Positions 21,712-32,420 of a DNA stretch of 64,000 bases are shown here, in pieces (within the stretch, counting starts at the first letter, position 1; each line of letters begins with the position of its first letter). A program made the translations under genes and the position numbers. Source of the stretch: an uncultured Gemmatimonadales bacterium (GTDB lineage Bacteria > Gemmatimonadota > Gemmatimonadetes > Longimicrobiales > RSA9). The stretch covers positions 640,001-704,000 of the forward strand of contig CAWCRS010000007.1 of the NCBI GenBank assembly GCA_963798085.1, given 5' to 3'. The notes beneath the pieces were generated by a model. The model searched no databases. It was given only the letters and a program-made list of their open reading frames with translations, and had not been told where the DNA came from.

Positions 21712-22299
21712 CTGACGATCAACCGCCGCCGTTTCGTGCAGGGCGCGCTGTCGCTTCCCATCGTGGCGCTGCCCGCCTGTGCCCCGGAACCCGCCGCCAG
21801 TGCGGCGGGCGAGTACGGGTTGCCGACCGCGCTGCTGCGCGCCCTCGCCGAAGCCGTATTGCCATCCGGGCTGGGCGACGCGGGCCGCGAGCGCGCCGTG
21901 GCTGCCTTCGAGGCGTGGCTTGCCGGGTACCGGCCTGTCACGGAACGCGACCACGGGTACGGCACGGGCGAGATCACGTACACGGGTGCGCACCCGGCGC
22001 CGGGCTGGAAGTCGCAGCTGGAGGCGCTCGATCTCGAGTCGAGGCAGCGCTATGGTCGCGACTTCGGCTCGCTCGACCTGGAGTTGCGCCGTCGCCTCGT
22101 GGGCGCACAGCTGCGCCGCGAGCGCGGGCCTCTGCCCGATCCCGCTGATGCGACCCCCGTCGCGCTCGGCCTCATTGCCCACTGGTGCGCGTCCAGCGAA
22201 GCAACAGACCTGTGCTACGGCGTGGCCATTGGCCGGGAGACCTGCCGCCCGCTGGAACGCGCGCCTGACCTGCCCGCGCCGCCGGGCCGGGGGACCTGA
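21712..22299 (+). CDS. Tat-exported gluconate 2-dehydrogenase subunit-3-like protein (CTG start)
   Basis: (L)TINRRRFVQG twin-arginine motif 7 nt after GGAGG; sits directly before a GMC oxidoreductase. Confidence 0.65.
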   Translation: MTINRRRFVQGALSLPIVALPACAPEPAASAAGEYGLPTALLRALAEAVLPSGLGDAGRERAVAAFEAWLAGYRPVTERDHGYGTGEITYTGAHPAPGWKSQLEALDLESRQRYGRDFGSLDLELRRRLVGAQLRRERGPLPDPADATPVALGLIAHWCASSEATDLCYGVAIGRETCRPLERAPDLPAPPGRGT

Positions 22300-22301
22300 G
22301 C

Positions 22302-23900
22302 GTGCGCCGCGTCATCGAGAGTGACGTCTGCATCATCGGCTCCGGCATCACCGGCGCCATGGTGGCGGCGAAGCTGGCCGGCGAGCGCAACGCGTCCATC
22401 GTCGTGGTCGAGGCAGGAAACCATGCGGCCGCGCCCGAACGGCGCGCGGAAGAGCGCCGTCGCTTTCTGCAGTATGGCGAGAATCCCTGGCCCGACGATC
22501 ACGTGGAGAGTCAGTCGGCGGACGGCATCCAGTCCCGCTCCATGCAGGTGGGCGGCATGGCCATGCACTGGGGCGCGGTAACACCACGTTACAGCCCGGA
22601 AGACTTCCGCCTGAAGACGCTGTACGGTGTGGGCAATGACTGGCCGCTCGATTACGATCAGCTGGAGCCGTTCTACGTGGAGGCCGAGCAGCGCCTGGGT
22701 GTAGCCGGCGAAGCCGGGCCGCCCGCGCTGGATCCGCGCTCCGCACCCTATCCCATGCCGCCGCTGCCGCTCAGCTACAACCTGCGGCTGCTGCGCGAGT
22801 GGGCGCAGAAGTCGGGCATACCGTTCTGGAGCCAGCCCTCCGCCAAGAACAGCGTGGCGTACGCCGGCCGGCCTGTCTGCTGCCGCAACGACACCTGCTC
22901 GCCCATCTGCCCCATTGGCGCCAAGTATTCGCCCGACTACACGTGGCGCGAGCTGATCGCGGCCGGGCGCGTGCAACTGGTGCCGCGCACCCTCGTGCGG
23001 CGGCTCGTGCCCGCGGCGACCGGAGACCGCATTGCCGCAGCCACAGCGTCGTCGCCCGATCATCCCGATGACCGCATCGAGTTCCGCGCCCGCGTCTTCG
23101 TACTGGCGGCCGGCTACGTGTGGAGCCCGCACCTGCTGCTGCTCTCCGCAACACCGCGTTATCCGCAGGGGCTGGCCAACGGCGAGGGTCTCGTCGGGCG
23201 CTTCATGACGGGACACCGATCGGTCACCGCCTTTGTGCGCGTGCCCATGAAGCTCTACCCCGGCATCAATACGCAGCACAGCCTGGTGACGAAGAAATTC
23301 ATGCGACCGGGCCGCCTCGAGCACTACGTGCGCCACGACCTGCGCGTCTGGGAGTCGAGCGCCGGCGCCGAGGCTCGCCTGCGCGATGACTCCGGTAATC
23401 TGCTGTTGGGAGATGCCCTGCTGAACGACTGGCGGCAGCGCGCGCAGAACGGTCGCGCCCGCCTGCGCGCCTACTACGATGTGCTGCCCGATCGCAGCAG
23501 CGGCATCGAGCTGGATGCGCGCAGCCGCAACGTCTGGGGTGATGCGCTGCCGCGCATCACCCTGCGCGACTCGGATGTCTCGCGCTCGCTGCGCGGCTGG
23601 ACCGAAGACCACATCAGACAGGTGTTCCAGGGCATCGTGAAGGCCGGCGGCGGCGATGTGCTGCAGCTGTCGGCCAGCAGTTTTCAGGATCACCCGGTGG
23701 GCGGCTGCCGCATGGGCGCGAGCGCAGACAGAGGGGTCTGCGATGCGTGGGGCCGCAGCTTCCTGCACGAGAACCTTTTCGTCGTGGGCGCACCTACCGG
23801 TGTGGGCGCGAGTTGTGCCAACGGCACGCTCACGTTCTGCGCGCTCAGCCTGCACAGCGCAGCACACATCGGCGAAATGTTCCCTGCGCGCAACGCCTGA
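22302..23900 (+). CDS. GMC family flavoprotein oxidoreductase
   Basis: IIGSGITG FAD motif, VGGMAMHW, CC...C...CP cluster, HPVGGCRMG, NGTLT. Confidence 0.9.
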   Translation: MRRVIESDVCIIGSGITGAMVAAKLAGERNASIVVVEAGNHAAAPERRAEERRRFLQYGENPWPDDHVESQSADGIQSRSMQVGGMAMHWGAVTPRYSPEDFRLKTLYGVGNDWPLDYDQLEPFYVEAEQRLGVAGEAGPPALDPRSAPYPMPPLPLSYNLRLLREWAQKSGIPFWSQPSAKNSVAYAGRPVCCRNDTCSPICPIGAKYSPDYTWRELIAAGRVQLVPRTLVRRLVPAATGDRIAAATASSPDHPDDRIEFRARVFVLAAGYVWSPHLLLLSATPRYPQGLANGEGLVGRFMTGHRSVTAFVRVPMKLYPGINTQHSLVTKKFMRPGRLEHYVRHDLRVWESSAGAEARLRDDSGNLLLGDALLNDWRQRAQNGRARLRAYYDVLPDRSSGIELDARSRNVWGDALPRITLRDSDVSRSLRGWTEDHIRQVFQGIVKAGGGDVLQLSASSFQDHPVGGCRMGASADRGVCDAWGRSFLHENLFVVGAPTGVGASCANGTLTFCALSLHSAAHIGEMFPARNA

Positions 23901-24054
23901 TCCGCAGCGGACTCCGGCCAACGCTCGGGGCCGAGGCCGCGTCCAAGTACCAGAGAGAAGCCGGCACAAGACGCCGGCGGTGGAGCGAACCCGGACTGCC
24001 AGTCCGGCGTACAATGGCGCGTCGTCCTCGCCTGGAGCGATAACCGGAGCCTGC

Positions 24055-25933
24055 ATGAATTCAATCTGGCAACGTCTGCGCAGCAGGAAGATGGTCGAAT
24101 GGACCATCGCCTACGTGGCCGGTGCATGGGGCGTTCTTCAGCTCGCCCAATTCCTGCAGGACGCGTTCAACTGGCCGTTGGTCACGCTGCGCGTTCTGAC
24201 CGTGGTCGTCGCATTCGGATTCCTCGCGGCCGTCATCGTGGCGTGGTACCACGGCGAGAAAGGGCACCAGAGCATGCCCGCCCGCGAGTGGGCGCTGCTG
24301 CTCACCATCGGCATGGCCACGGTGGGCATCTCATGGTACGTCGCCATGATCACTCCGGCCGCGGCCGAACCGGTGGCCGGAGGCGCGCCACCCGCTCAGT
24401 CGGACAGCACGGATCTGCGCCTGGCACTGCTCGACCCGGCCATGGCCGCCGCATCCGTGGCCGTGCTGCCCTTCACCAACATGACGCCGGACTCGCAGAA
24501 CGACTACATCACGGAGGGCATCACCGAGGATATCATCGCGCAGCTCGGTCAGATTCGCGGACTGCGCGTGATCAGCCGCACCTCGGTGATGCGCTACAAG
24601 AACACGGACAAGGACATCCCGCAGATCGCGCGTGAACTGGGTGTGGGCGCGGTGCTGGAAGGCAGCGTGCGCGTGCAGGGCGATCACGTGCGCATCGTCG
24701 CCACCCTCATTGATCCCGCTACGGACGCGCACATCTGGTCGGATACGTACGACAAGGACATCAAGGACATGCTCGCCGTGCAGGCGGAAGTGTCCAGAGC
24801 CATCGCCCGGGCGCTCAACTCGCGGCTGGCGCCCACTGCGGTGGCATCTTCCGAAGAGCTGAAACCCAGCGATGCCGAGGCGTACCGGCTCTACCTCAAG
24901 GGCAAGCAACTGGCCAATTCCACGGTCGAGACGGACCACGCGAAGGCGATCGTGTACCTCGACTCGGCGCTGCGTCGCGATCCCAACCTGACGCCGGCCG
25001 TCACCGCGCTGCTCAACCTGCAGACGCCCGTGAGCCCGCTGGACGCCGCTACACCGCTGGCGCCGCCGCCGGAGGCGACACGCGCGATCGATGCGGCGAC
25101 GCAAGACGGCGGAAACGAATCCGGGTTTCGCGGAAGCCCGCAATTCCATCGCCTTCCTGCGCGCCTGGCGAGGGCGCGACATGGCGGGCGCGGAACAGGC
25201 GGCACGCAGTCAGGTGGAGGCCAATCCGAACTCGGCAGGCGCCCGCGTGCGCTACGCACAGATCCTTTACTCGAACGGCCACGTCGACCGCGCGCTGCGC
25301 GAAGTACAGGCCGCGGGCGTGATCGACCCGCTGTCGCCCATCGTGCAGCAGCAGTGGGGGGAGCTGGCCCTCGCGGCCGGTCAATTCGACGATGCATCGA
25401 AGCATCTGCAGCAGGCCATCATGCTCGATTCCGCGAACGCCGGCCTGCACGTCACCCTGGCCATGACCTACAAGGAGCAGGGCCGGACGGCAGATGCTAA
25501 CACCGAGTTAAAGAAGGCCACGGGCTTCGCTGACGCAGATCCGCGGGCCCTGGGCATGGTCGGTTTCGCCTGGGGCCAGACCGGCCAGCAGTCGGAGGCG
25601 CTGAAGATCGTCGACCAGCTCAGGCAGGGCGCGGAGACGAACAAGGCCATTGCCAACACCATTGCGCAGATCTACATGAGCGTGGGCAACGCCGAGGAGG
25701 CCTCGGCCTGGCTGAAGAAGAACCCCGACGGCACGGAGCGGCGAGGCGTCATTGCGTTCCAGTCACCGCGCTGGCATCAGGCCATCGAGCACATGCGCGC
25801 GGATCCGCGCATCAAGCCCCTGCTGGACAGCCTGAGCATGATGCGCGTCGAAGTCCACATGCCGGGGGACTCACTGCGGCGGCGCGATCCTAACATGCGA
25901 GGTGGGCGTTCTCGTAGCGGCGCTGGCCAGTAA
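24055..25933 (+). CDS. Membrane-anchored TolB-like domain + TPR protein; frameshift near 25100
   Basis: Three N-terminal TM helices, SVAVLPFTNM...GITEDII..L..IRGLRVISRTS; TPRs continue in ORF 25091-25933. Confidence 0.8.
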
Positions 25934-27305
25934 CCTCGCGCACCACGAAGCCCGCGAGCCATGCGGGCAGCGCCACAAACTCATCCACGGCCCGCAGCTC
26001 GACCTCCGCCAGCACCAGGTCGCGATCCAGAAACCGGTCCACCTCCCACACGTGCTCGCCATCGCGGAACGAATAGCGCCGCTTGGCGACTCGCCTTCCG
26101 CGTGTGAGCCGCCACAACGAGCGGAACAGCGCCTCGTCGATCTCCTCCTCGATTTCGAGCCGCGCCAGGCCGTGACCCGCCTTGAGTGTGCGGAACCAGC
26201 GCGATCCGGCGGGCCCGCGGATCCGGCGCACGCGCTCCACCAGCCGTTCGCCCGGCAGCCAGCCCTGATCGATGCGCACGGCGCTGCGACCCTTGCGCCG
26301 TCTCGGCAGCCCGCGCAACAGGAACTTGCGCTCGATCTCGTACTGCCGTGGCGGCGCCACTGCGGCGAGCCGATCGGCGAAGGATTCCACGTCGCCGAAA
26401 ACGCCGCCACCCGTGCCGTCGAGCCACTGCCCGCGTGCCGCGGCGAACTGCTCCTCGCGCTCCAGCCGGAGCTGCGCGTCCAGCGCCTCCAGCTCGAGCA
26501 TTGCCGGGGCGTCAGTCGCGAACGAGGGCGCCAGCTCCATGAGCCTGCCCAGCAGCACATCGGTGTCGTGGAGATCGCCGAATGCATCCTGCAGCGCTTT
26601 CAGTCGCTGGATGGCGCTGCGCCCATCGGTCAGATCATCACGGAACGGCTCGAGCAGATAGCGCAGTCGCTTGCCCGCAATGCGCGCCGCGTGAATCCGC
26701 TCGCGGTCCGCACTCGCGAGCACGGCGTCGAGGCTGGCGCGCAGCTCGGAGAGCAGCGCGAGAGCGTGGGCCGCGGCCACCGCGGCGCAGGCCACGAAGG
26801 CGAGCGGGCTGCGAACATCAATGTCAGCAGTGTAGTGCAGCAGGTGCGCACGCAGGCGGTGCTCGGCTTCGGGAAAGCGGTGCACGGCGCGCAGCGCCGC
26901 ATGGTCGGCCGCGCGGCGCTGGTTCTGCAGCGCCGCGGCCAGCCGAAGCGCGCCCGGCAGCACAGCGGGCGGCAGCGCAGCGCGCCGCAGTCTGGCCAGC
27001 TGCACCTCGAGATCACGCGCCGCGCTGGTGCCGCGCGCCAGATCACGCAGCCGGCGCCGGTCGCCCGGCGTGAGCGTGTCGCCCAGCCACGACGCCCAGG
27101 CGCGGGCGTCGCTGCGCAGGCGTCGCAGCGCGACGCGGAAATCGTGCAGCGCTTCCATGTCCTGGCCGGCGAGGATGCGCTCGCGCGCGGCCGCCGCATC
27201 GTCGAGATGGCGCAGCGCCAGCAGGCGAGCGCCAATGCGCACGGGCAGCCCGGCAATGGACGAAAACTCGGCGTCACTCACGGAACCGGACCGGATCTCC
27301 GACAC
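25890..27305 (-). CDS. CHAD + CYTH domain protein (polyphosphate-associated)
   Basis: CHAD LHDFRVALRRLR, IHAARIAGKRLRY, LQDAFGDLHD; CYTH EIERKFL, KRRY, EVD, AEVE. Confidence 0.9.
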   Translation of the reverse strand: MSEIRSGSVSDAEFSSIAGLPVRIGARLLALRHLDDAAAARERILAGQDMEALHDFRVALRRLRSDARAWASWLGDTLTPGDRRRLRDLARGTSAARDLEVQLARLRRAALPPAVLPGALRLAAALQNQRRAADHAALRAVHRFPEAEHRLRAHLLHYTADIDVRSPLAFVACAAVAAAHALALLSELRASLDAVLASADRERIHAARIAGKRLRYLLEPFRDDLTDGRSAIQRLKALQDAFGDLHDTDVLLGRLMELAPSFATDAPAMLELEALDAQLRLEREEQFAAARGQWLDGTGGGVFGDVESFADRLAAVAPPRQYEIERKFLLRGLPRRRKGRSAVRIDQGWLPGERLVERVRRIRGPAGSRWFRTLKAGHGLARLEIEEEIDEALFRSLWRLTRGRRVAKRRYSFRDGEHVWEVDRFLDRDLVLAEVELRAVDEFVALPAWLAGFVVREVTGQRRYENAHLAC

Positions 27306-27517
27306 CCGCCAGCAGGCTTTCTCCGATCCCGGCCGCGCGTGGCGGGAGGCAGCGCCCGGCCGATCGCATACCCCGTTGCAGGGGTATCACCGCGAACTTG
27401 TCAGCCGCGCGTTAGCCACGGCAAGACGAAGACGCTGGAATCGCAGACAATGTGCCGATACATTGATGGACAGGCGAGCGTCAGTGCAGGAAGCACGCGG
27501 CGCTCGCGACTCGCGGG

Positions 27518-29637
27518 ATGGTGATGCAGTTCTCCTCCAGGATCCATCAATCCAGATCGCAGCGCCTCCGTCGCGGCACGGGCGCGCGCGGGATCATTAT
27601 CGCCCTCTGCGCATTCCTCGGAATCTCTCTGTACCGGCTGCAGATCGCGGGCGGTGAGTCATTCGCGCTGCAGGCGCGCCAGAATCGAATGCGACCGGTG
27701 GTGGTCCGCGCTCCACGCGGCACCATCTACGATCGCCACGGCCGCATTGTCGCGGAAAACATTGTCGGCTATCAGGTGCTGCTCATGCCTGCGTCCATGG
27801 ATACACTGCGCGCGCAGGTGGGCAGGCTCAGTGGCGTGCTGGGCCTCGACAGTGCCGACGTCGAGGCTGCGTTCAAGCGCTACCGGCGTGCACCGCATCT
27901 GCCCATGGAGGTCATGCGCGACGCGCCGCCCGAGGCTGTGGCCCGCCTCGAAGAGCGGCGCTTCGAGTTCCCTGAGGCGCTCGTCCAGGAGTACCCCAAA
28001 CGCCGCTACCCGGCCGGTCCGGCCATCGCCCATTTCATTGGCTACGTCTCGGAAATCGGGGAAGCCGATCTCACCCGACCGCAATACGAGGGCTACGAAC
28101 CAGGCCGCTGGATCGGCAAGGCCGGCCTGGAAGCGCAGTATGAAAAACGCCTCGGCGGCGAACCCGGCGTACGCCAGCTCGAGATCGATGCACGCGGCCG
28201 CATCAAGCAGTGGCTGCCCCCCGAGCTGGGCCGCCCCGCCGTGCCCGGCCAGGACCTGCAGCTGTACCTCGACCTCGATCTGCAGGAGTTCGTCGCCCAC
28301 GTCTTTCCCAAGGATTTCACCGGCGCGTTCATTGCCCTCGATCCCAAGACGGGCGGCATCCTGGCGTACTACAGCAATCCGACCTTCGACCCCAATGACT
28401 TCATTGGCGGCGTCGACGCGGATCTTGTGGAAGCAGCTGAACGACGATCCCAGGAAGCCGCTGCTCGATCGCGCCGGCGGCTCGGGACAGCCGGCGGCTT
28501 CAACGTGGAAGCTGGCGGTCGCCGCAATGGCGCTGGACCAGGGCGCAATCAAGCCCGACGAGTACATGCCGATCGCCTGCACGGGGGGCATGAGCTACGG
28601 TGGCCGCTACTGGCACTGCCATTCTCGCTTCGGGTCACGGCAAGCAGAACCTGATCGAAGGCATCAAGAACTCCTGCAACGTCTACTTCTATCAGGTGGG
28701 TCTGCGCATCGGACTGGACCGGTTCCTGAAGACCGGCACACGACTGGGCTTCGGCAAGCGCACGGGCGTCGACATCCCGAGCGAGATCGACCCGAATTTC
28801 CCCGAGGACCGCAGCTACTGGACGAAGAAGAAGGGCTACGCGGCACAGGAAGGCGAAGTGCTGTCCATGGCCATTGGCCAGGGTCCGATCACGATGACCG
28901 CGCTCAAGCTGGCGCAGATCTACACGGCACTGGTTCGACCCGACGGTCGCGTTCCGGCACCGCGTTTTGCCATGGATGCCGGACCGCCCGCGGACACGTT
29001 CCACCTGAACCTCGAACCGCGCAATGTGTGGTTCCTCGAGGCCGGCATGCGCCGCGCCCTGGGACCGGGCGGCACTGCCGCGCTGAGCCGGCTCCAGAAC
29101 TGGGCGCTGATCGGCAAGACCGGAACCGCACAGAATCCACCGCACAAGGCGCACGGCTGGTTCGTGGGCATGGGTGGACCCAAGGACGGCGAACCGGAAA
29201 TCGCCGCGGTCATGTTCATGGAATTCGCCGAGCACGGCGCGCTCGCCTCCGGCTATGTAGCCGAGGCCATCAACTTCTACCTCAATCGCAAGTACGGACG
29301 TCCGTTCGATGGCTGGGCCACGCCACGCTTCCGCATGGCGAAGGGTCTGCCCGTCAACTGGAATTTCTCTTCGCCCATCATCGACCCGCCCATGCCCGCC
29401 GAGACCATCGTCAATGCGCAGGCGCCGCCGCCGGACAGCCTGAGGAGCGCCGTGGCGGCGGTGGACAGCACAAAGCCGCTGGTGGGCCAGGAAGAGGGAC
29501 CAACGCCACCGCCCGATTCCATCATACGACCGGCCGGCGCAGCGCGGGGACCGGTGCACGCGCCAGCCTCGCCGGACTCGGCGTCCCGCGCAGGCAGCGC
29601 GCGCACGCGTCCGGGCAACCGTCCGCGCGGCAACTGA
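27518..29637 (+). CDS. mrdA: Penicillin-binding protein 2; frameshifts near 28420 and 28630
   Basis: APRGTIYDR, IGKAGLE; STWK, SCN and KTG catalytic motifs spread over shifted frames. Confidence 0.88.
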
Positions 29638-29656
29638 CCCATCGTACGGCGCACGC

Positions 29657-30754
29657 GTGACGCATCCCGCGGAAGCCGATTCGCAGGAGACACCGCCCCG
29701 CGCCAGCGACACGCCGCCACTGCGCAGTGCGCTGGTCGTACGCTTCGGCCGCATGGGCGACGTGCTCGTGCTGACACCGGTGTTACGCGCACTGCGGCAG
29801 GCTCTGCCCGGTGCCCGCATCAATGTGCTGACCACTCCCGCCGGCCGATCCGTCCTGCGCGGCAGCACGCGGGTCGACCAGGTGCACGTACTCACGTGGC
29901 GACGCGTGCCGGCGTTCATCAATCCGGAGCGTGCACGACTGCTGCGCGAGCTGCGCACGGCGCAGTACGACGCCGTGTTCCTGCTGGAGACCGGCCAGCA
30001 CTATCACACGCTGGTGCAGGCACTTGGCGTGGAGCGCGTCTACAGCTTCGCGCGTGACGGAGAGCGACCGGGACCGCTGCGCGCCCGGCGCGCCGACCGG
30101 CACGAGTTGCAGAACCAGCTGGCTGTCGTGGCGCTCGCCGGTGTTGCGCCGGCCGGTCCGCACTACGAATTCGCCGTCTCCAGGGGCGCACACGACCGCG
30201 CGCTGGCCCTGCTTTCCAAACACGGTGTCAGGGAAGGGCGGCCGCTGGCGGGGATCCACGCCGGCCATTTCCAGCGGCGGCGGTTGCGTCAGGCGCCGCA
30301 CGCGAAGAGCTGGCCCGCGGACCGCTGGACGGCTCTCGCGCGAAGCCTGCACGACACGCTGGGGTTCACTGTCCTGCTCACCGGATCGCAGGGCGAAGCC
30401 GCGCTCAATCGGCGCATCATGGCGGAACTGCCCGACGGCATCGCCATTGATCTGGCCGGCGCAACCGATCTGGAAACGCTGGGCGCCATCCTCCAGCGCT
30501 GCGACGTCTTCATTGCCCCCGATACCGGCCCCGCACACCTCGCCGCCGCCGTGGACACACCTCTCGTGGCTCTGTTCGGGCCCAAACCTCCGCACATCAT
30601 GGGGCCACTGGGCGACGAAGCGCGCATCGCCCGGCTCCATCCGCCGGCTTCCGCGGTCCCGGTCGCGCAACGTCATGGCCATCACGCCCGCATGTGGGCC
30701 ATTGGTGTGGACGATGTCATGGCGGCGGTGCGCCAGGTGCTGTCCGCTCCCTGA
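29657..30754 (+). CDS. Glycosyltransferase family 9 (heptosyltransferase-like)
   Basis: MGDVL..TP, K.W, DTGPAHLAAAV.TP.VALFGP. Confidence 0.9.
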   Translation: MTHPAEADSQETPPRASDTPPLRSALVVRFGRMGDVLVLTPVLRALRQALPGARINVLTTPAGRSVLRGSTRVDQVHVLTWRRVPAFINPERARLLRELRTAQYDAVFLLETGQHYHTLVQALGVERVYSFARDGERPGPLRARRADRHELQNQLAVVALAGVAPAGPHYEFAVSRGAHDRALALLSKHGVREGRPLAGIHAGHFQRRRLRQAPHAKSWPADRWTALARSLHDTLGFTVLLTGSQGEAALNRRIMAELPDGIAIDLAGATDLETLGAILQRCDVFIAPDTGPAHLAAAVDTPLVALFGPKPPHIMGPLGDEARIARLHPPASAVPVAQRHGHHARMWAIGVDDVMAAVRQVLSAP

Positions 30755-30805
30755 TCCGCGGCGTTTCCCGGGCGACGCCCGTTCCCTCTGTTGTCTATAC
30801 TAAAA

Positions 30806-30819
30806 TCCATTATAATGGA
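30806..30819. promoter_or_regulatory. Perfect palindrome over a TATAAT -10 box; likely PadR operator
   Basis: tccattataatgga in an AT-rich patch upstream of padR. Confidence 0.6.
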
Positions 30820-30884
30820 AGCTGGCAGTGAGGCGCGGCCCACCGCGGGTCCCGCCGCCCATGGCCACACCCGAGGTGAAGCCC

Positions 30885-31244
30885 ATGGCCCGAGCCCCCG
30901 ACATCGAAAGCATGCTGCCGCTCAAGCCGGCCGAGTTCGCCGTGCTCGTGGCGCTGGCGGAACAGGACCGCTACGGCTACGACATCGTGCAGCGCATCGC
31001 GGAGCGTACGGGCGGCAGCGTGAAGCTGGCGCCCGGCAATCTCTATCCCGTGCTGGACCGGCTCATCGGGCTGGGTCTGATCGCGGAGCGGGCGCGAATC
31101 GATCGCAGCGATGCGCGCCGTCGCTATTACGGTGTTACACCGCAGGGGCGGCAGGTGCTGGCGGCGGAGACGATGCGCACGCGCGAGCTGTTGCGCACGG
31201 CGGAACGGCTGACGCCATCGCCGGCGCGCGGGTCGGGCCGGTGA
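30885..31244 (+). CDS. PadR family transcriptional regulator
   Basis: VLVAL...RYGYDI..., GNLYPVLDRL, RRRYYGVT..G. Confidence 0.92.
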   Translation: MARAPDIESMLPLKPAEFAVLVALAEQDRYGYDIVQRIAERTGGSVKLAPGNLYPVLDRLIGLGLIAERARIDRSDARRRYYGVTPQGRQVLAAETMRTRELLRTAERLTPSPARGSGR

Positions 31245-31277
31245 GCGCAGGCAGCGTACGTCGGCGCGGAGCGTGTG

Positions 31278-31517
31278 ATGCCGCTGCGTGAGGTTGCGTA
31301 CCGCCTGGTGCTGCGGCTGCATCCGCCGCGTTTCCGCGAAACCTACGCCGACGACATGATGCAGTGCTTCCGTGACGCGTGGGTCGCAGAGGCGGAGGGT
31401 CGGCCGCTCCGCACACGGGCGCGCGTATGCGCCCGCCTTCTGGGCGCATCCGGCGAGGCGGGCTACGCGCGTGAATCCGGTGGAGATGTTCCGGGCGCAG
31501 TAGCGAAGGACGCTTGA
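31278..31517 (+). pseudogene. Truncated N-terminus of a PadR-associated permease/membrane protein
   Basis: YRLVLRLHPPRFRETYADDM prefix motif, then stops after about 80 aa with no TM segments. Confidence 0.55.
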
Positions 31518-31593
31518 GCGCCGGCGCCGCCGCGACGTGGAGGCGGGCGCGCAGGCGTGGTAGATTCGGGCGCCACTGCATTGACGGAGACAC

Positions 31594-32343
31594 ATGAAGC
31601 GCCCGCTCAGCGTCTGCATTGTCGCAATGAACGAGGAAGACCGGATCGGCGCCTGCATCCGGTCTGCTGACTTCGCCGACGAGTGGCTCGTCGTCGACAG
31701 CCATTCGACGGATCGCACGCGCGAGATTGCCGCAACGCTTGGCGCCCGCGTGATCGAGCGGGACTGGCCGGGTTGGCTCGAGCAGAAGAACTTCGCGATC
31801 GCGCAAGCTGCGCATGACTGGGTGCTCTGTCTCGACGCCGACGAGTGGCTCTCACCCCAACTGCGTGCCTCGATCCTCCAGGCACTGGAGCGCGCTGATC
31901 CACCGGACGGCTTCGAGTTCGCGCGGCGCACGCGCTACCTGGGCCGGTGGATCCGGCATGGTGGCTGGTACCCGGATCGCAAACTCCGCCTGTTCCGCCG
32001 CGACCTGGGTCGATTCGAGGGCCGCAACCCGCACGACCGCGTACGCGTGCGCGGCCGTGTCGAGGCGCTGAGCGGCGACCTGCTGCACGACCCTTATCGC
32101 TCGATATCCGATCATCTGCGCACCATCGACCGCTACACCACAGTTTCGGCGCAGGACAAGCACGCGCGCGCTGAACGGGCGAGCCTGAGTGACATCACCC
32201 TCAGACCATTCGGCCAGTTCCTGAGAACGTACGTGCTGCAGCTCGGCTTTCTCGATGCGCTGCCGGGCTTCGCAGTGGCAGTCACCGCAGCGTTCTACGT
32301 TTTTCTCAAGTACACGAAGCTGCGCGCGCTGCAGCGCGGCTGA
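31594..32343 (+). CDS. Glycosyltransferase family 2 (WaaE/KdtX-like)
   Basis: NEEDRI, VVDSHSTDRT, QKNFA, LDADE, GWYPD..LRLF. Confidence 0.92.
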   Translation: MKRPLSVCIVAMNEEDRIGACIRSADFADEWLVVDSHSTDRTREIAATLGARVIERDWPGWLEQKNFAIAQAAHDWVLCLDADEWLSPQLRASILQALERADPPDGFEFARRTRYLGRWIRHGGWYPDRKLRLFRRDLGRFEGRNPHDRVRVRGRVEALSGDLLHDPYRSISDHLRTIDRYTTVSAQDKHARAERASLSDITLRPFGQFLRTYVLQLGFLDALPGFAVAVTAAFYVFLKYTKLRALQRG

Positions 32344-32362
32344 ACTCCGGGCAGAAAGCAGC

Positions 32363-32396
32363 GCGCCCCGCCGTCCTGCTGCGGACGGCGGGGCGC
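32363..32396. terminator. Hairpin between convergent genes
   Basis: gcgccccgccgtcc-tgctgc-ggacggcggggcgc, 14-bp perfect stem. Confidence 0.65.
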
Positions 32397-32420
32397 TCCT
32401 GACAACTGGGCGGTGTGGCG

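Noticed and set aside
27454..27461. GCCGATAC upstream of mrdA as a sigma28 promoter
   Set aside because: No TAAA-like -35 at the right spacing.
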